Assembly: GCA_051003195.1 (NCBI GenBank)
Contig: JBPCLP010000027.1
Coordinates: forward strand, 1 to 39,574
Direction: 5' to 3'
DNA: 39,574 nt
Origin: Candidatus Sumerlaeaceae bacterium
GTDB taxonomy: Bacteria > Sumerlaeota > Sumerlaeia > Sumerlaeales > Sumerlaeaceae
The notes under the pieces are model-generated. The model ran no database searches, had not been told where the DNA came from, and saw only the letters and a program-made list of their open reading frames with translations. Positions 17,865-26,378 of this stretch are shown piece after piece; positions within the stretch are counted from its first letter, which is position 1, and each line of letters opens with the position of its first letter. A program made the translations under genes and the position numbers.

Positions 17865-19925
17865 ATGGAAGAGTTCAACGAGTTCGAGTTGCACTCCCCC
17901 GATTCCCTGTTTCAGGAGGGAATGGATTTACTCGAATCCGATCATTTTGAGGAGGCACTGCACGCTTTCGACAGCGTGCTGTTGCAGCAGCCGTATAATG
18001 CGGATGCGCTATTCCACCGCGGCGTAGCATTGATTAACCTGAGTCGCCTCGAGGAAGCAGTCACTACGCTGGAGTGCGCCATCAAGCTGGCGCCGACAGA
18101 GGCGTTGTTCCATAGCCACTGCGGTTATGCGCTGCTGATGGGAGGTAAACCCGACGCCGCGCTTGAAAAATTTGAGTACGCGCTCGAACTGCAGCCCGAC
18201 AGCTACCAGAACAAAGTATACAAGGCGTGTGTGCTGGCCGAACGGCGTAAGTTGGGCGAAGCGCGCGCACTTTTGGAAGAAGTACTGGAAGACCACCCTG
18301 AGGACCTGGAAGTAATCCGTCACTACGCGAACGTGCTTGCCGCGCTGGGCGAAGAGCACGAAGCGCTCGAGCAATATTCGACGATACTGCGTGAGTCGCC
18401 CAACAGCCTTGAGGCCATCAGCCGGCGCGGCGCGATTTTCCTGCGCCAGGGAAACCGTCCCGAGGCAATTAAGTGCCTGCGCGAATTCGTCGCGCTGAGC
18501 CCGAACGATGTCAAGGCGTGGACCACCCTGCTGGAAACACTGACGGAAATGGACAATGGCCCGGCTGTGATTGCGGCAGCCGGCGATGCCATTGAATCGG
18601 GCAACGACAGCTCGGAGATTTTCATGCTGCGCGGTCGCGCTCTACTTGATGACCGCCAATACGACGCCGCAATTACCGACCTTCGACGTGCACGAACTCT
18701 GAATGAGCGCAACGGTGAGATTCACTTCCTGCTGGCTCGCGCATTTGCAGAGCGCGGCCGCCTGAAACACGCATTGCTCAGCGTGAATCGAGCCTTGCAG
18801 GTTGCACCGAAGGAGAAGCGGTCGTTGCTGCTCAAGGCACGGCTGCATCACCAGCTTGCCGAATTTGAACAGGAAGGCCAGCTGCTTAACCTGTTGCTGC
18901 AGGAATCTGCCGATGACTTCCGTCTCGTAAAGCTCAAGGTGGAAAACCTGCTCGCCCGCCACATGACTGCCGAGGCAAGTGCTTCGGTGGATGCATTCCT
19001 GGGAAGAGCGCCGGAGCATCGTCGCGCGCTGCTGTTAAGCGCCGAACTATCCGAGCGCGTGGGCGATCTTGCCGCATCGCGCCGACGTTATGCCTGCCTG
19101 TTCATGCAGCGCCCAATTTCCGCGCGTTCCTACCTGTCGTTTGCGGGATTCCTGATGCGTCGCGCGGAGATCGAACCCGCTGCCAGGCTGCTGAACGAAG
19201 CAACATGCGAACATCCGCAGGATGTCGCCCTGCAGATGCTGAAGGCCGTCGTGTTGCAGATGGTGGAACGGCACGCGGAGTGCCTGTCGCACCTTTACGA
19301 GTTCATGCGCGGTGGTATGGCCCCGCCCGAAGTGCATTGGCTGCTCGGCAAATCGCACTTTGCACTGGGCCAGCACGCCAACGCACTTGAACATTTTCAG
19401 ACCGCACGGCAGAAGGGCGCGGGCAGCCTTGGAGTCTCCGCGCCGATTTTCCGTTGCCTTGTCAGCGAAGCGTATTGCCTGCATCAGCTGGGTCGCACCG
19501 CGCAAGGCATCCAGTTGCTGGAAGAGAACTGGAGTGGTCAGGATCCGTTCGCTTGCGACTATCACGAAGTGCTCGCGGATTTGTACATCCAGACGCGTGC
19601 CTATGCCAAGGCAGCTGCGGTTTGCACCAAGGGGATCGAGCGTTTCTCCGAAAGCCCGCTGCTGCACTATCGCCTCGCGAGGTGCAGCGCTGCGCTTGGA
19701 CGCAAGCCCGCCACCCTGCGTCACCTGCGTACCGCGATTGATTTAAATCCGCAGCTCGTTCAGGCTGCGAAGGTCGATTCGATTTTCCAGCGCTACGCGC
19801 TCAGCCTCTCGATGAACCGGCTCGTGAAGTATGCCTTCCTGCGCGAGCGCGCGGAATTTGTCGGCTGGGTACTTGGTGCGGTCCTCTTCGGCGTGCTCGC
19901 CGTCCTGCTGCTGCAGCAGCGGTAG
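17865..19925 (+). CDS. Tetratricopeptide-repeat protein with a C-terminal membrane anchor
   Basis: Many TPR units (ALFHRGVAL...EEAVTTLECAIKLAP) and a hydrophobic C-terminal tail FVGWVLGAVLFGVLAVLLL. Confidence 0.88.
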   Translation: MEEFNEFELHSPDSLFQEGMDLLESDHFEEALHAFDSVLLQQPYNADALFHRGVALINLSRLEEAVTTLECAIKLAPTEALFHSHCGYALLMGGKPDAALEKFEYALELQPDSYQNKVYKACVLAERRKLGEARALLEEVLEDHPEDLEVIRHYANVLAALGEEHEALEQYSTILRESPNSLEAISRRGAIFLRQGNRPEAIKCLREFVALSPNDVKAWTTLLETLTEMDNGPAVIAAAGDAIESGNDSSEIFMLRGRALLDDRQYDAAITDLRRARTLNERNGEIHFLLARAFAERGRLKHALLSVNRALQVAPKEKRSLLLKARLHHQLAEFEQEGQLLNLLLQESADDFRLVKLKVENLLARHMTAEASASVDAFLGRAPEHRRALLLSAELSERVGDLAASRRRYACLFMQRPISARSYLSFAGFLMRRAEIEPAARLLNEATCEHPQDVALQMLKAVVLQMVERHAECLSHLYEFMRGGMAPPEVHWLLGKSHFALGQHANALEHFQTARQKGAGSLGVSAPIFRCLVSEAYCLHQLGRTAQGIQLLEENWSGQDPFACDYHEVLADLYIQTRAYAKAAAVCTKGIERFSESPLLHYRLARCSAALGRKPATLRHLRTAIDLNPQLVQAAKVDSIFQRYALSLSMNRLVKYAFLRERAEFVGWVLGAVLFGVLAVLLLQQR

Positions 19926-20108
19926 CGTCGCACCAAATCCCAGGCCGTAACGCGAACGATTTCTACGAGCCGTGCGTCGAAAACGCGAACGCACTTTGAT
20001 GCGGCTGCCGGAAATGCGCCAGCGTCTATTGCACCCGAGCGGTCGCCAACTGGAACGGCTGGAATTCTGGGGTTCGATTGCCTGGCATTTCCGTCTCGAA
20101 ATAAACGC

Positions 20109-21839
20109 TTAAGCTTTCGATTTCTCCAGCAGCTTCTCTGCGTACTTTCGCGATGTTTCGTCCACCTCAACGCCTGAAAGCATCTGGGCGAGTGCGGCGG
20201 CGCGGTTATCACCTTCGACTGATGTAATGCTCGCAACCGTGCGACCCTGTACGGTTTTCTTTTCAACGACAAGGTGCCGATCGCCGCGCGCTGCGATCTG
20301 AGGGAGGTGCGTGATACACAGCACCTGGTGGGACGCTGCAAGCCCGGTCAGCTTCTCGCCAACTTTCGCGGCAGCCTGACCACTGATGCCGACGTCAATT
20401 TCGTCAAAGATCAGCGTGGAGACTTCGTCCTTACCTGCAACGACACTTTTGATGGCTAGCATGATACGCGAGATTTCGCCACCGGATGCGACCTTGCGCA
20501 TTGGTTTTGTCTCTTCGCCTGCATTGAGCGATACAAGGAATTCGACATTGTCGGCACCGGACGCCGTCAGCAAGTTAAGCAATGCCCCCGGATCCTGTTC
20601 TTTTTCCCGCGCTGTCTCAACTTCTAATCGGCTTGTTATTGCCACGTGAAGCACGGCTTTTGGAAGCTCGAGTTCGCGCATCGCTTTCTGAACTTTTTTC
20701 TCGAAATCCAATGCTGCTGTTGCACGACGTGCGGACAATGCATTTGCGGCGCCGATGACTCTGGCGCGCGATGCCGCGTACTCAACACGGACGCGCTCCG
20801 CTTCCGCATCCCGGTTCACAATGGACTCCAGTTCCTGTTCGAGCGACGTGCATGTCGCCATCACTGCTCCGATGGTGCCCCCGTACTTTTTCTTAAGCTG
20901 TCGGAGTAGATCGAGCCGGTCCTCAACTACAGCAAGCCGCTGTGGATTTGCCTGCACTGTTCCCGCGTAATCGCGCACCTTTTCACACAGGTCTTCGATG
21001 GCGAAGCGCAATGCGTTGGCTTCCATCGCCAGAGGTTCCTGGGAGGGATCGAGCTGCGCCAGTTCCGCGAGCGCTTTGGCTACGGTGGTTACCTGCGCGG
21101 CTGCCGGGGTATCGATTTGCTCGCCCTCGAATAGAAGATCGCACACCGTGCCGCAAACCTGGGTAAGCTTATCGGCGTTCTGCAATCGCTTGCGCTCGAT
21201 ATCGAGTAGTTCATCTTCGCCCGGCTGCAACTCGGCCTTCTGAATCTCGTCGACCTGGAACTCGAGAAACGATTTGCGGCGGTCGGCGTCAGCGTTTACG
21301 GTTGTCAGCTCGGCGAGGCGCGCGGCGATGTCGCGATATTCCCGGAAGGCGGCCAGGAACGCATCAATTTCTTTCGTGTAGCCGCCAAAGCAGTCGAGCA
21401 AGCGAAGCTGACTGGCCGGGGCCACAAGCGCGGTGTGCTCGTTCTGCCCGTGGAGGTCGACCAGGCGGGCACCGAGGTCGCGCAATTGCACGAGGGTTGC
21501 TGCGCGGTTATTGATAAAATGACGCGAACTACCGACGGCTAAAATTTCGCGCCGTACGATGATGTTGCTGTCGCCGTCGTCATCGGACAGACCAGTATCC
21601 GCCAGCCAGCGCGACACTTCAGCGTTGGGCGCGCGAAATATCGCTTCGATACTTGCCCGCTGAGCGCCTGTTCGGACTACGTCTGACGTCGCGCGGTCTC
21701 CAAGGATGAGGCGCAGCGCATCCAGCATGATGGATTTACCCGCACCGGTCTCGCCGGTAATGGTTGTCAGGCCAGCGTTGAATTCGACTTCGATCTGGTC
21801 GATGATGGCGTAGTTGGATATGCGAAGGACTTCAAGCAA
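20109..21839 (-). CDS. recN: DNA repair protein RecN
   Basis: TGETGAGKS Walker A, DLHGQNEH, ASGGEISR, LIFDEIDVGISG, CITHLPQIAA. TTG start. Confidence 0.97.
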   Translation of the reverse strand: MLEVLRISNYAIIDQIEVEFNAGLTTITGETGAGKSIMLDALRLILGDRATSDVVRTGAQRASIEAIFRAPNAEVSRWLADTGLSDDDGDSNIIVRREILAVGSSRHFINNRAATLVQLRDLGARLVDLHGQNEHTALVAPASQLRLLDCFGGYTKEIDAFLAAFREYRDIAARLAELTTVNADADRRKSFLEFQVDEIQKAELQPGEDELLDIERKRLQNADKLTQVCGTVCDLLFEGEQIDTPAAAQVTTVAKALAELAQLDPSQEPLAMEANALRFAIEDLCEKVRDYAGTVQANPQRLAVVEDRLDLLRQLKKKYGGTIGAVMATCTSLEQELESIVNRDAEAERVRVEYAASRARVIGAANALSARRATAALDFEKKVQKAMRELELPKAVLHVAITSRLEVETAREKEQDPGALLNLLTASGADNVEFLVSLNAGEETKPMRKVASGGEISRIMLAIKSVVAGKDEVSTLIFDEIDVGISGQAAAKVGEKLTGLAASHQVLCITHLPQIAARGDRHLVVEKKTVQGRTVASITSVEGDNRAAALAQMLSGVEVDETSRKYAEKLLEKSKA

Positions 21840-21858
21840 AGTAGTATGTTCTAGTCAA

Positions 21859-22149
21859 TCAGGACAGCTGTTCGCGAATCCAGCGGGGCTCACGCCTGCT
21901 GTCAATTACACGCCACACGTATGCGACATTGTTATCTATGCGGTAGTAGATCGAAAACGGAAACCGCTTTGCGACCATGCGGTGGTAACCGTAAACAGTT
22001 ACATGAACACCAGCATGCAGGCACAGAGAGTCAATATCCGAAAATAGTGAGTTCACGAAGTAATCGCCCAATCCGTCGCCTTGTTGTTCATAGAAAGACT
22101 GACCCCGGATTATGTCCTCTCGTGCTTCTTGCAAAATCCTAACTTTCAC
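21859..22149 (-). CDS. RelE/ParE family toxin
   Basis: 'EAREDI...FYEQQGDGLGDYF', 'KRFPFSIYY', 'RREPRWI'. GTG start overlaps the antitoxin stop. Confidence 0.88.
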   Translation of the reverse strand: MKVRILQEAREDIIRGQSFYEQQGDGLGDYFVNSLFSDIDSLCLHAGVHVTVYGYHRMVAKRFPFSIYYRIDNNVAYVWRVIDSRREPRWIREQLS

Positions 22150-22364
22150 TTGATGCGCTGACGGATTTGTTCCTTAGCCTCCTCCCAATCGATAAACTTG
22201 GACTCTCCAGCGGCAACCCGTTCTTCCGTTTTACGTAATTCTTCAGCATGCCAGGCAGGTGAAGGGAGATCGTCGGCGTTTTTTTCGAGACTCGCCCATA
22301 TTTCTTCCATGGCTCGGAGCTTCTCCTCAACGCTCATCTGCTCAAGCGGCAAACTTGGTGTCAT
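22146..22364 (-). CDS. Addiction-module antitoxin (TIGR02574-like)
   Basis: 'MSVEEKLRAMEEIWASL...SPAWHAEEL...FIDWEEAK', directly upstream of the RelE/ParE gene. Confidence 0.88.
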   Translation of the reverse strand: MTPSLPLEQMSVEEKLRAMEEIWASLEKNADDLPSPAWHAEELRKTEERVAAGESKFIDWEEAKEQIRQRIK

Positions 22365-22532
22365 GTGCGTCCTGCCTCCTCTACCACCAGTTAGTGTCGA
22401 AATCTATTACTATTGGGGATTCGTCTAATGCAAGTTTATGCGCTAGTGCCAATAAAGAAAGCCGGGACGACGCAAACATTGAAATAGTGTGGTAAAGTGT
22501 TTGGAAACTCAATCTACTGGAGGTAACGTGGC

Positions 22533-23708
22533 GTGAAGTGTTTCGTAACTGGGGCTGCTGTTTTAATCGCAGGCGCTTCTGCCATTGCGCCCGCCGATAC
22601 GACCACAGAATCGCACGAGCTCGTAAAACTGCGGGATGTGGTGGTCTACGAGGATCCTCGTTTTCACTGTGCGTTCCCCAGCGTGATCCAGAAACCGGAC
22701 GGCGAGCTCATCTGTGCATTTCGCCGGGCCCCGAGCAGGCGATTCCTGTGGGGAGCCCCGCACGATTCGCACACCGATTCAAACAGTTACCTGGTTGGAG
22801 TGCGCTCGCGTGACGGCGGCGAGACGTGGACTTCGGAACCACAATTAATTTACGCACACGCGTTCGGTGGCAGCCAGGATCCCTGCCTTCAGCCACTTGC
22901 GAACGGAGATATCCTGTGCGCCAGCTATGGATGGGCTTATATTCCAAAGCTTCCGCCCTCCATGGAGGGGACGACCTTCATGACATCTTCGTTCGGATTC
23001 CTGGGCGGCTATCTCGTGCGCTCCAAAGATGGCGGTGACACATGGACCGGTCCGGAGTATCCGCCCACGCTGCCGGACAGCGCTACGAGCAGCGCCATCG
23101 GCGGTCCGCTACCGGCGTACAATCGCGGTGCGCTGCTGCAGCGTGCGGACGGCAGCCTGCTGTGGGCAGTCGCTCGTAGCGACGCTTCCAAATCCGAGTC
23201 CACGTCCGTACACATGATCCGGTCTGTCGACAACGGGAAGAGCTGGAACTATGTGTCGCCGGTTGTCCGCGACGCTGCGGTCCCGTATAATGAAACATCG
23301 CTTATTGAAACGTCGGCGGGCGACATTGTCGCGCTGGTTCGTTCGGAGCGTAAAGGGGGACACGGGGCTATGGTGCGCTCGCGCGATGGCGGCCAGAGCT
23401 GGCTTCCGGCCGAGGAGCTTTCGTTTGCGGGACATCCCTTTCACGCGACGCGGCTGAAGGACGAAAAAGTATTTGTCGTATACGGTTATCGCGGGGAGTC
23501 GCCCGGGGTTCGTGCCCGGCTGGTTGCCCCGGACATGTCCGACATTAATACCGCGTACGAGCACGTCCTGCGGTCAGACGGCGGCAATCCCGATCTGGGT
23601 TATCCCTGGTCTCTTGAGCTGAACGACGGCCGCATCCTTGTCGTGTCGTACATGAACGTCGCCAACGGACCCAGGCACATTGTGGCTACGCTGCTGAAGC
23701 GAGAGTAG
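22533..23708 (+). CDS. Secreted BNR/Asp-box beta-propeller protein (sialidase-like)
   Basis: Signal peptide, FP motif, four Asp boxes SRDGGETW, SKDGGDTW, SVDNGKSW, SRDGGQSW, and DLGYP. GGAGG SD. Confidence 0.88.
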   Translation: MKCFVTGAAVLIAGASAIAPADTTTESHELVKLRDVVVYEDPRFHCAFPSVIQKPDGELICAFRRAPSRRFLWGAPHDSHTDSNSYLVGVRSRDGGETWTSEPQLIYAHAFGGSQDPCLQPLANGDILCASYGWAYIPKLPPSMEGTTFMTSSFGFLGGYLVRSKDGGDTWTGPEYPPTLPDSATSSAIGGPLPAYNRGALLQRADGSLLWAVARSDASKSESTSVHMIRSVDNGKSWNYVSPVVRDAAVPYNETSLIETSAGDIVALVRSERKGGHGAMVRSRDGGQSWLPAEELSFAGHPFHATRLKDEKVFVVYGYRGESPGVRARLVAPDMSDINTAYEHVLRSDGGNPDLGYPWSLELNDGRILVVSYMNVANGPRHIVATLLKRE

Positions 23709-23735
23709 CTAAACAAGAACTCCCATGACTACCCT

Positions 23736-24266
23736 TCATGGTGCAAGTGGGACATCCGCTTTCTGCAGTATCTCGTCCAGTACCGGCCGACCTGATTTGT
23801 CCGTAAATACGCCCCCGCCATCTACCGTCGAATGCACCGCTATGCTGCCGCACTCATAGCAGATTAACAGATCCACTGTTTTTCCTGCCCGTTGGGCGTG
23901 AACGCCGTGCCGAGGGCTAAAGCATGTAGCGTAGACAGTTGGCACATGCAGGCTGCCTTTAATGGCTGAAACGATTTTGCGAGCGTGTTTCATTGCATGC
24001 ACCCTTCCCAGCACCCGGTAGCCATGAAATAGTTCATGGGGCCGAGTCCCGGAAGTGCTTTCGTCATCCTGCGGCCAATTTGGATCTAATGACAACAGCT
24101 CGAAGTGATTAGGATTGTGGAGAACCTCGAGAACCGGGTCAGATAAATGGTTTTTCTCACCACGGCCCTCACGTCCCAGATCGATGGCAAACCAAACAGC
24201 GCAGGCACCGAGCACAATCAACGAAAGTACGATGAGCGTCCACTTGCGTGGTCTGGACATTTGCAT
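23736..24266 (-). CDS. Hypothetical membrane-anchored protein with a CFxPRHG...ICYEC motif
   Basis: N-terminal TM, 'FELLSLDP', 'FHGYRVLG', 'CFSPRHG', 'VDLLICYEC'. Confidence 0.75.
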   Translation of the reverse strand: MQMSRPRKWTLIVLSLIVLGACAVWFAIDLGREGRGEKNHLSDPVLEVLHNPNHFELLSLDPNWPQDDESTSGTRPHELFHGYRVLGRVHAMKHARKIVSAIKGSLHVPTVYATCFSPRHGVHAQRAGKTVDLLICYECGSIAVHSTVDGGGVFTDKSGRPVLDEILQKADVPLAP

Positions 24267-24330
24267 TCAGCTCAGCTTGTCTTCGTACGCAGTGGCCTGT
24301 AAGTTCTGATGCACTGTTATACAAAACTCA

Positions 24331-24531
24331 TCAAGGAAAGCGAACGGCATCGCCGCGCTGATATGCTTCCTCAGCTTCACGCACAAGCACATCCCGTTCA
24401 CCGGCGATCGCATCCTGCTGCATCTGCTCATCCCATGGATCCGACTTCCACTTCTGCAGGAAGGCGTTGAGTTCACAAAGCTCCTGCTCACTCAATTCCT
24501 GGATTGCAGAGATTATCTCCGGAAGGCCCAT
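24331..24531 (-). CDS. Small antitoxin-like protein without a partner toxin
   Basis: 'EIISAIQELSEQEL...WDEQMQQDAIAG..D.L..EA...Y.RG' pattern. TATAAT lies 5 nt upstream of the ATG. Confidence 0.7.
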   Translation of the reverse strand: MGLPEIISAIQELSEQELCELNAFLQKWKSDPWDEQMQQDAIAGERDVLVREAEEAYQRGDAVRFP

Positions 24532-24606
24532 GATTGATTATACACCGTGATTGCAGAATTGTTATTCTACCTTATGAAAGTGTACTTGCTGTGCCTCCGG
24601 TTTTTG

Positions 24607-25512
24607 TCATGTAGGCTTTGCCACATGCTCCCACGCATGGTAGCTGCTTCGTACCAGTGGGCCCGATTCCACATGATCAAACCCAAGCGACAACGCATCG
24701 CGCTTCCACAGGGCGAACTCATCTGGCGGAACGTAACGTGTGACCGGGAGCTGATCCGGCGACGGCTGCAGGTACTGGCCCAGCGTCAATATGTTAACAC
24801 CAGCCTCACGCAAGTCAAACAGCACGTCCAGCACCTCGTCCTGGTCCTCGCCAAGGCCCAGCATCAGGCCGGATTTGGTTGGGAGTTCCGGCCGCATCTG
24901 TTTGCTGCGGTGCAATAGTGTGAGCGTGCGCCAGTACCGTGCGCCGCGCCGAACGTTGCGGTACAGGCGCGGCACGGTTTCCGTGTTATGATTCAGCACG
25001 GCGATCGGCGATTCGACGACGGTGCGCAGTGGTTCCTCATATCCGCGGAAATCTGGAATCAGGACTTCGATCTGCGCAGCCGGATGTGCGCGCTTGATCT
25101 CGTTCGCGCAATCCGCAAAATGGCCGGCTCCCTGGTCTGGCAGGTCGTCGCGCGCGACGCTCGTGATCACGATGTGGTTCAACCCCAGTTCCAGGGCGGC
25201 CTGCGCCAGGCGCTGCGGCTCGGTGATATCCGGAGGCTTGGCCATCGGATTCGCCTGCGTGACCGCGCAGAAGTTGCACCGGCGCGTACAGGTATCGCCG
25301 AGGATCATGAACGTCGCAGTCGAATGCGAATAGCAGTCGCCGATGTTCGGGCATTTCGCTTCCTCGCACACCGTCACCAGTCCATGGTTACGCAGCACCG
25401 CGTTCGTCTGCGAGAACGCATCCGTCCACGTCATCTTCGCCTTAATCCAGGACGGATGGCGGCGGTCCACCGGGGCGTCAGCAGCGGTCGGCGGAATAAG
25501 AACGTCGGGCAT
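24607..25512 (-). CDS. lipA: Lipoyl synthase
   Basis: CEEAKCPNIGDC, CTRRCNFC, NHNTETV, GQYLQPS, GPLVRSSYHA. Confidence 0.98.
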   Translation of the reverse strand: MPDVLIPPTAADAPVDRRHPSWIKAKMTWTDAFSQTNAVLRNHGLVTVCEEAKCPNIGDCYSHSTATFMILGDTCTRRCNFCAVTQANPMAKPPDITEPQRLAQAALELGLNHIVITSVARDDLPDQGAGHFADCANEIKRAHPAAQIEVLIPDFRGYEEPLRTVVESPIAVLNHNTETVPRLYRNVRRGARYWRTLTLLHRSKQMRPELPTKSGLMLGLGEDQDEVLDVLFDLREAGVNILTLGQYLQPSPDQLPVTRYVPPDEFALWKRDALSLGFDHVESGPLVRSSYHAWEHVAKPT

Positions 25513-25513
25513 A

Positions 25514-26317
25514 TTAAACTGAGACCTGCCCCGACGCCGAATCGTCCGTCAAGCACCAGCCGTGCTGCTGCAATGCCGCGATAATATGCATATGTACCCT
25601 TTCCGCAACCTCATGCATCTGCGCATGCCGATAGCTGCGACCCGCACGCACATGCTCCTGCTCCACCGACGTCATTTCCGCGTCCGTGATACCACAAGGC
25701 ACAATGCACTTAAACGCATCCATATCCGGGTGCAGGTTTAGCGCGAAGCCGTGTGACGTAATCCACTTACGGGCGGAGACACCGATACTGGCCAGCTTGC
25801 GGGGCATAGTGGAAAGTAGCTCTGTGTTCTTTTCCTCTTTTCCTCTGTGCCTCTGTGGTGGGAATCCTGTCGTCCAGACACCAGTACAGTCCTGGCGGCG
25901 GGTAGCAGGAAGATGAAACTCGGACTGCAGGAATGAGATCAGGCCATCCTCGATCGCCCGCAGGTAGGCGTGAATGTCGGGGCGCTGATTCCTGGCGCGC
26001 TGCGTGAGGTCCAACACGATGTAACCGATGAGCTGGCCTGGACCATGATAGGTCGCCAACCCCCCGCGCGGAACTTCGATCGTTGGAATATGATGCGGGC
26101 GCATCGAAAGATGAGACGCCGTCGTCGCACGTCCATAAGTGATCACTGGCTCGTGCGTGAGGTAAAAGAACTGGTCTTCTATTTGGCTGGCCTTGCGCAA
26201 ATCGTGAACTGTGGCCAGGCGTGACAGGGCGAGCTTATACGGGATGTTTTCGCCCCAGAAGAATGGGTCCGGCGCCTCTACTGGTGTGAGAGGCGAAGTT
26301 TGACTCAAATAGCTCAT
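25514..26317 (-). CDS. lipB: Lipoyl(octanoyl) transferase with a ~20-aa repeat-derived insertion
   Basis: HEPVITYG, RGGLATYHGPGQL, TGVW...KLASIG, SHGFALN, IVPCGI. Confidence 0.95.
   Translation of the reverse strand: MSYLSQTSPLTPVEAPDPFFWGENIPYKLALSRLATVHDLRKASQIEDQFFYLTHEPVITYGRATTASHLSMRPHHIPTIEVPRGGLATYHGPGQLIGYIVLDLTQRARNQRPDIHAYLRAIEDGLISFLQSEFHLPATRRQDCTGVWTTGFPPQRHRGKEEKNTELLSTMPRKLASIGVSARKWITSHGFALNLHPDMDAFKCIVPCGITDAEMTSVEQEHVRAGRSYRHAQMHEVAERVHMHIIAALQQHGWCLTDDSASGQVSV
25820..25862. repeat. CTCTGTG/CACAGAG short repeat cluster inside lipB
   Basis: CTCTGTG at 25820, 25843 and 25851 with a TC-rich spacer. Translates as PPQRHRGKEEKNTE. Confidence 0.75.
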
Positions 26318-26365
26318 ATGTGTCTTATTGGACCTATATGCCTTATAGGACCTATATGCAACTTG
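26313..26365. repeat. 9/18-bp period repeat between mnmG and lipB
   Basis: CTTATTGGACCTATATGC (26324-26341) and CTTATAGGACCTATATGC (26342-26359) in tandem. Confidence 0.8.
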
Positions 26366-26378
26366 GGGAGTCTGCTAC

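Noticed and set aside
19926..20108. 183-bp convergent gap containing AACGCGAACG twice
   Set aside because: No convincing terminator, tRNA or extended repeat. The short match could be chance.
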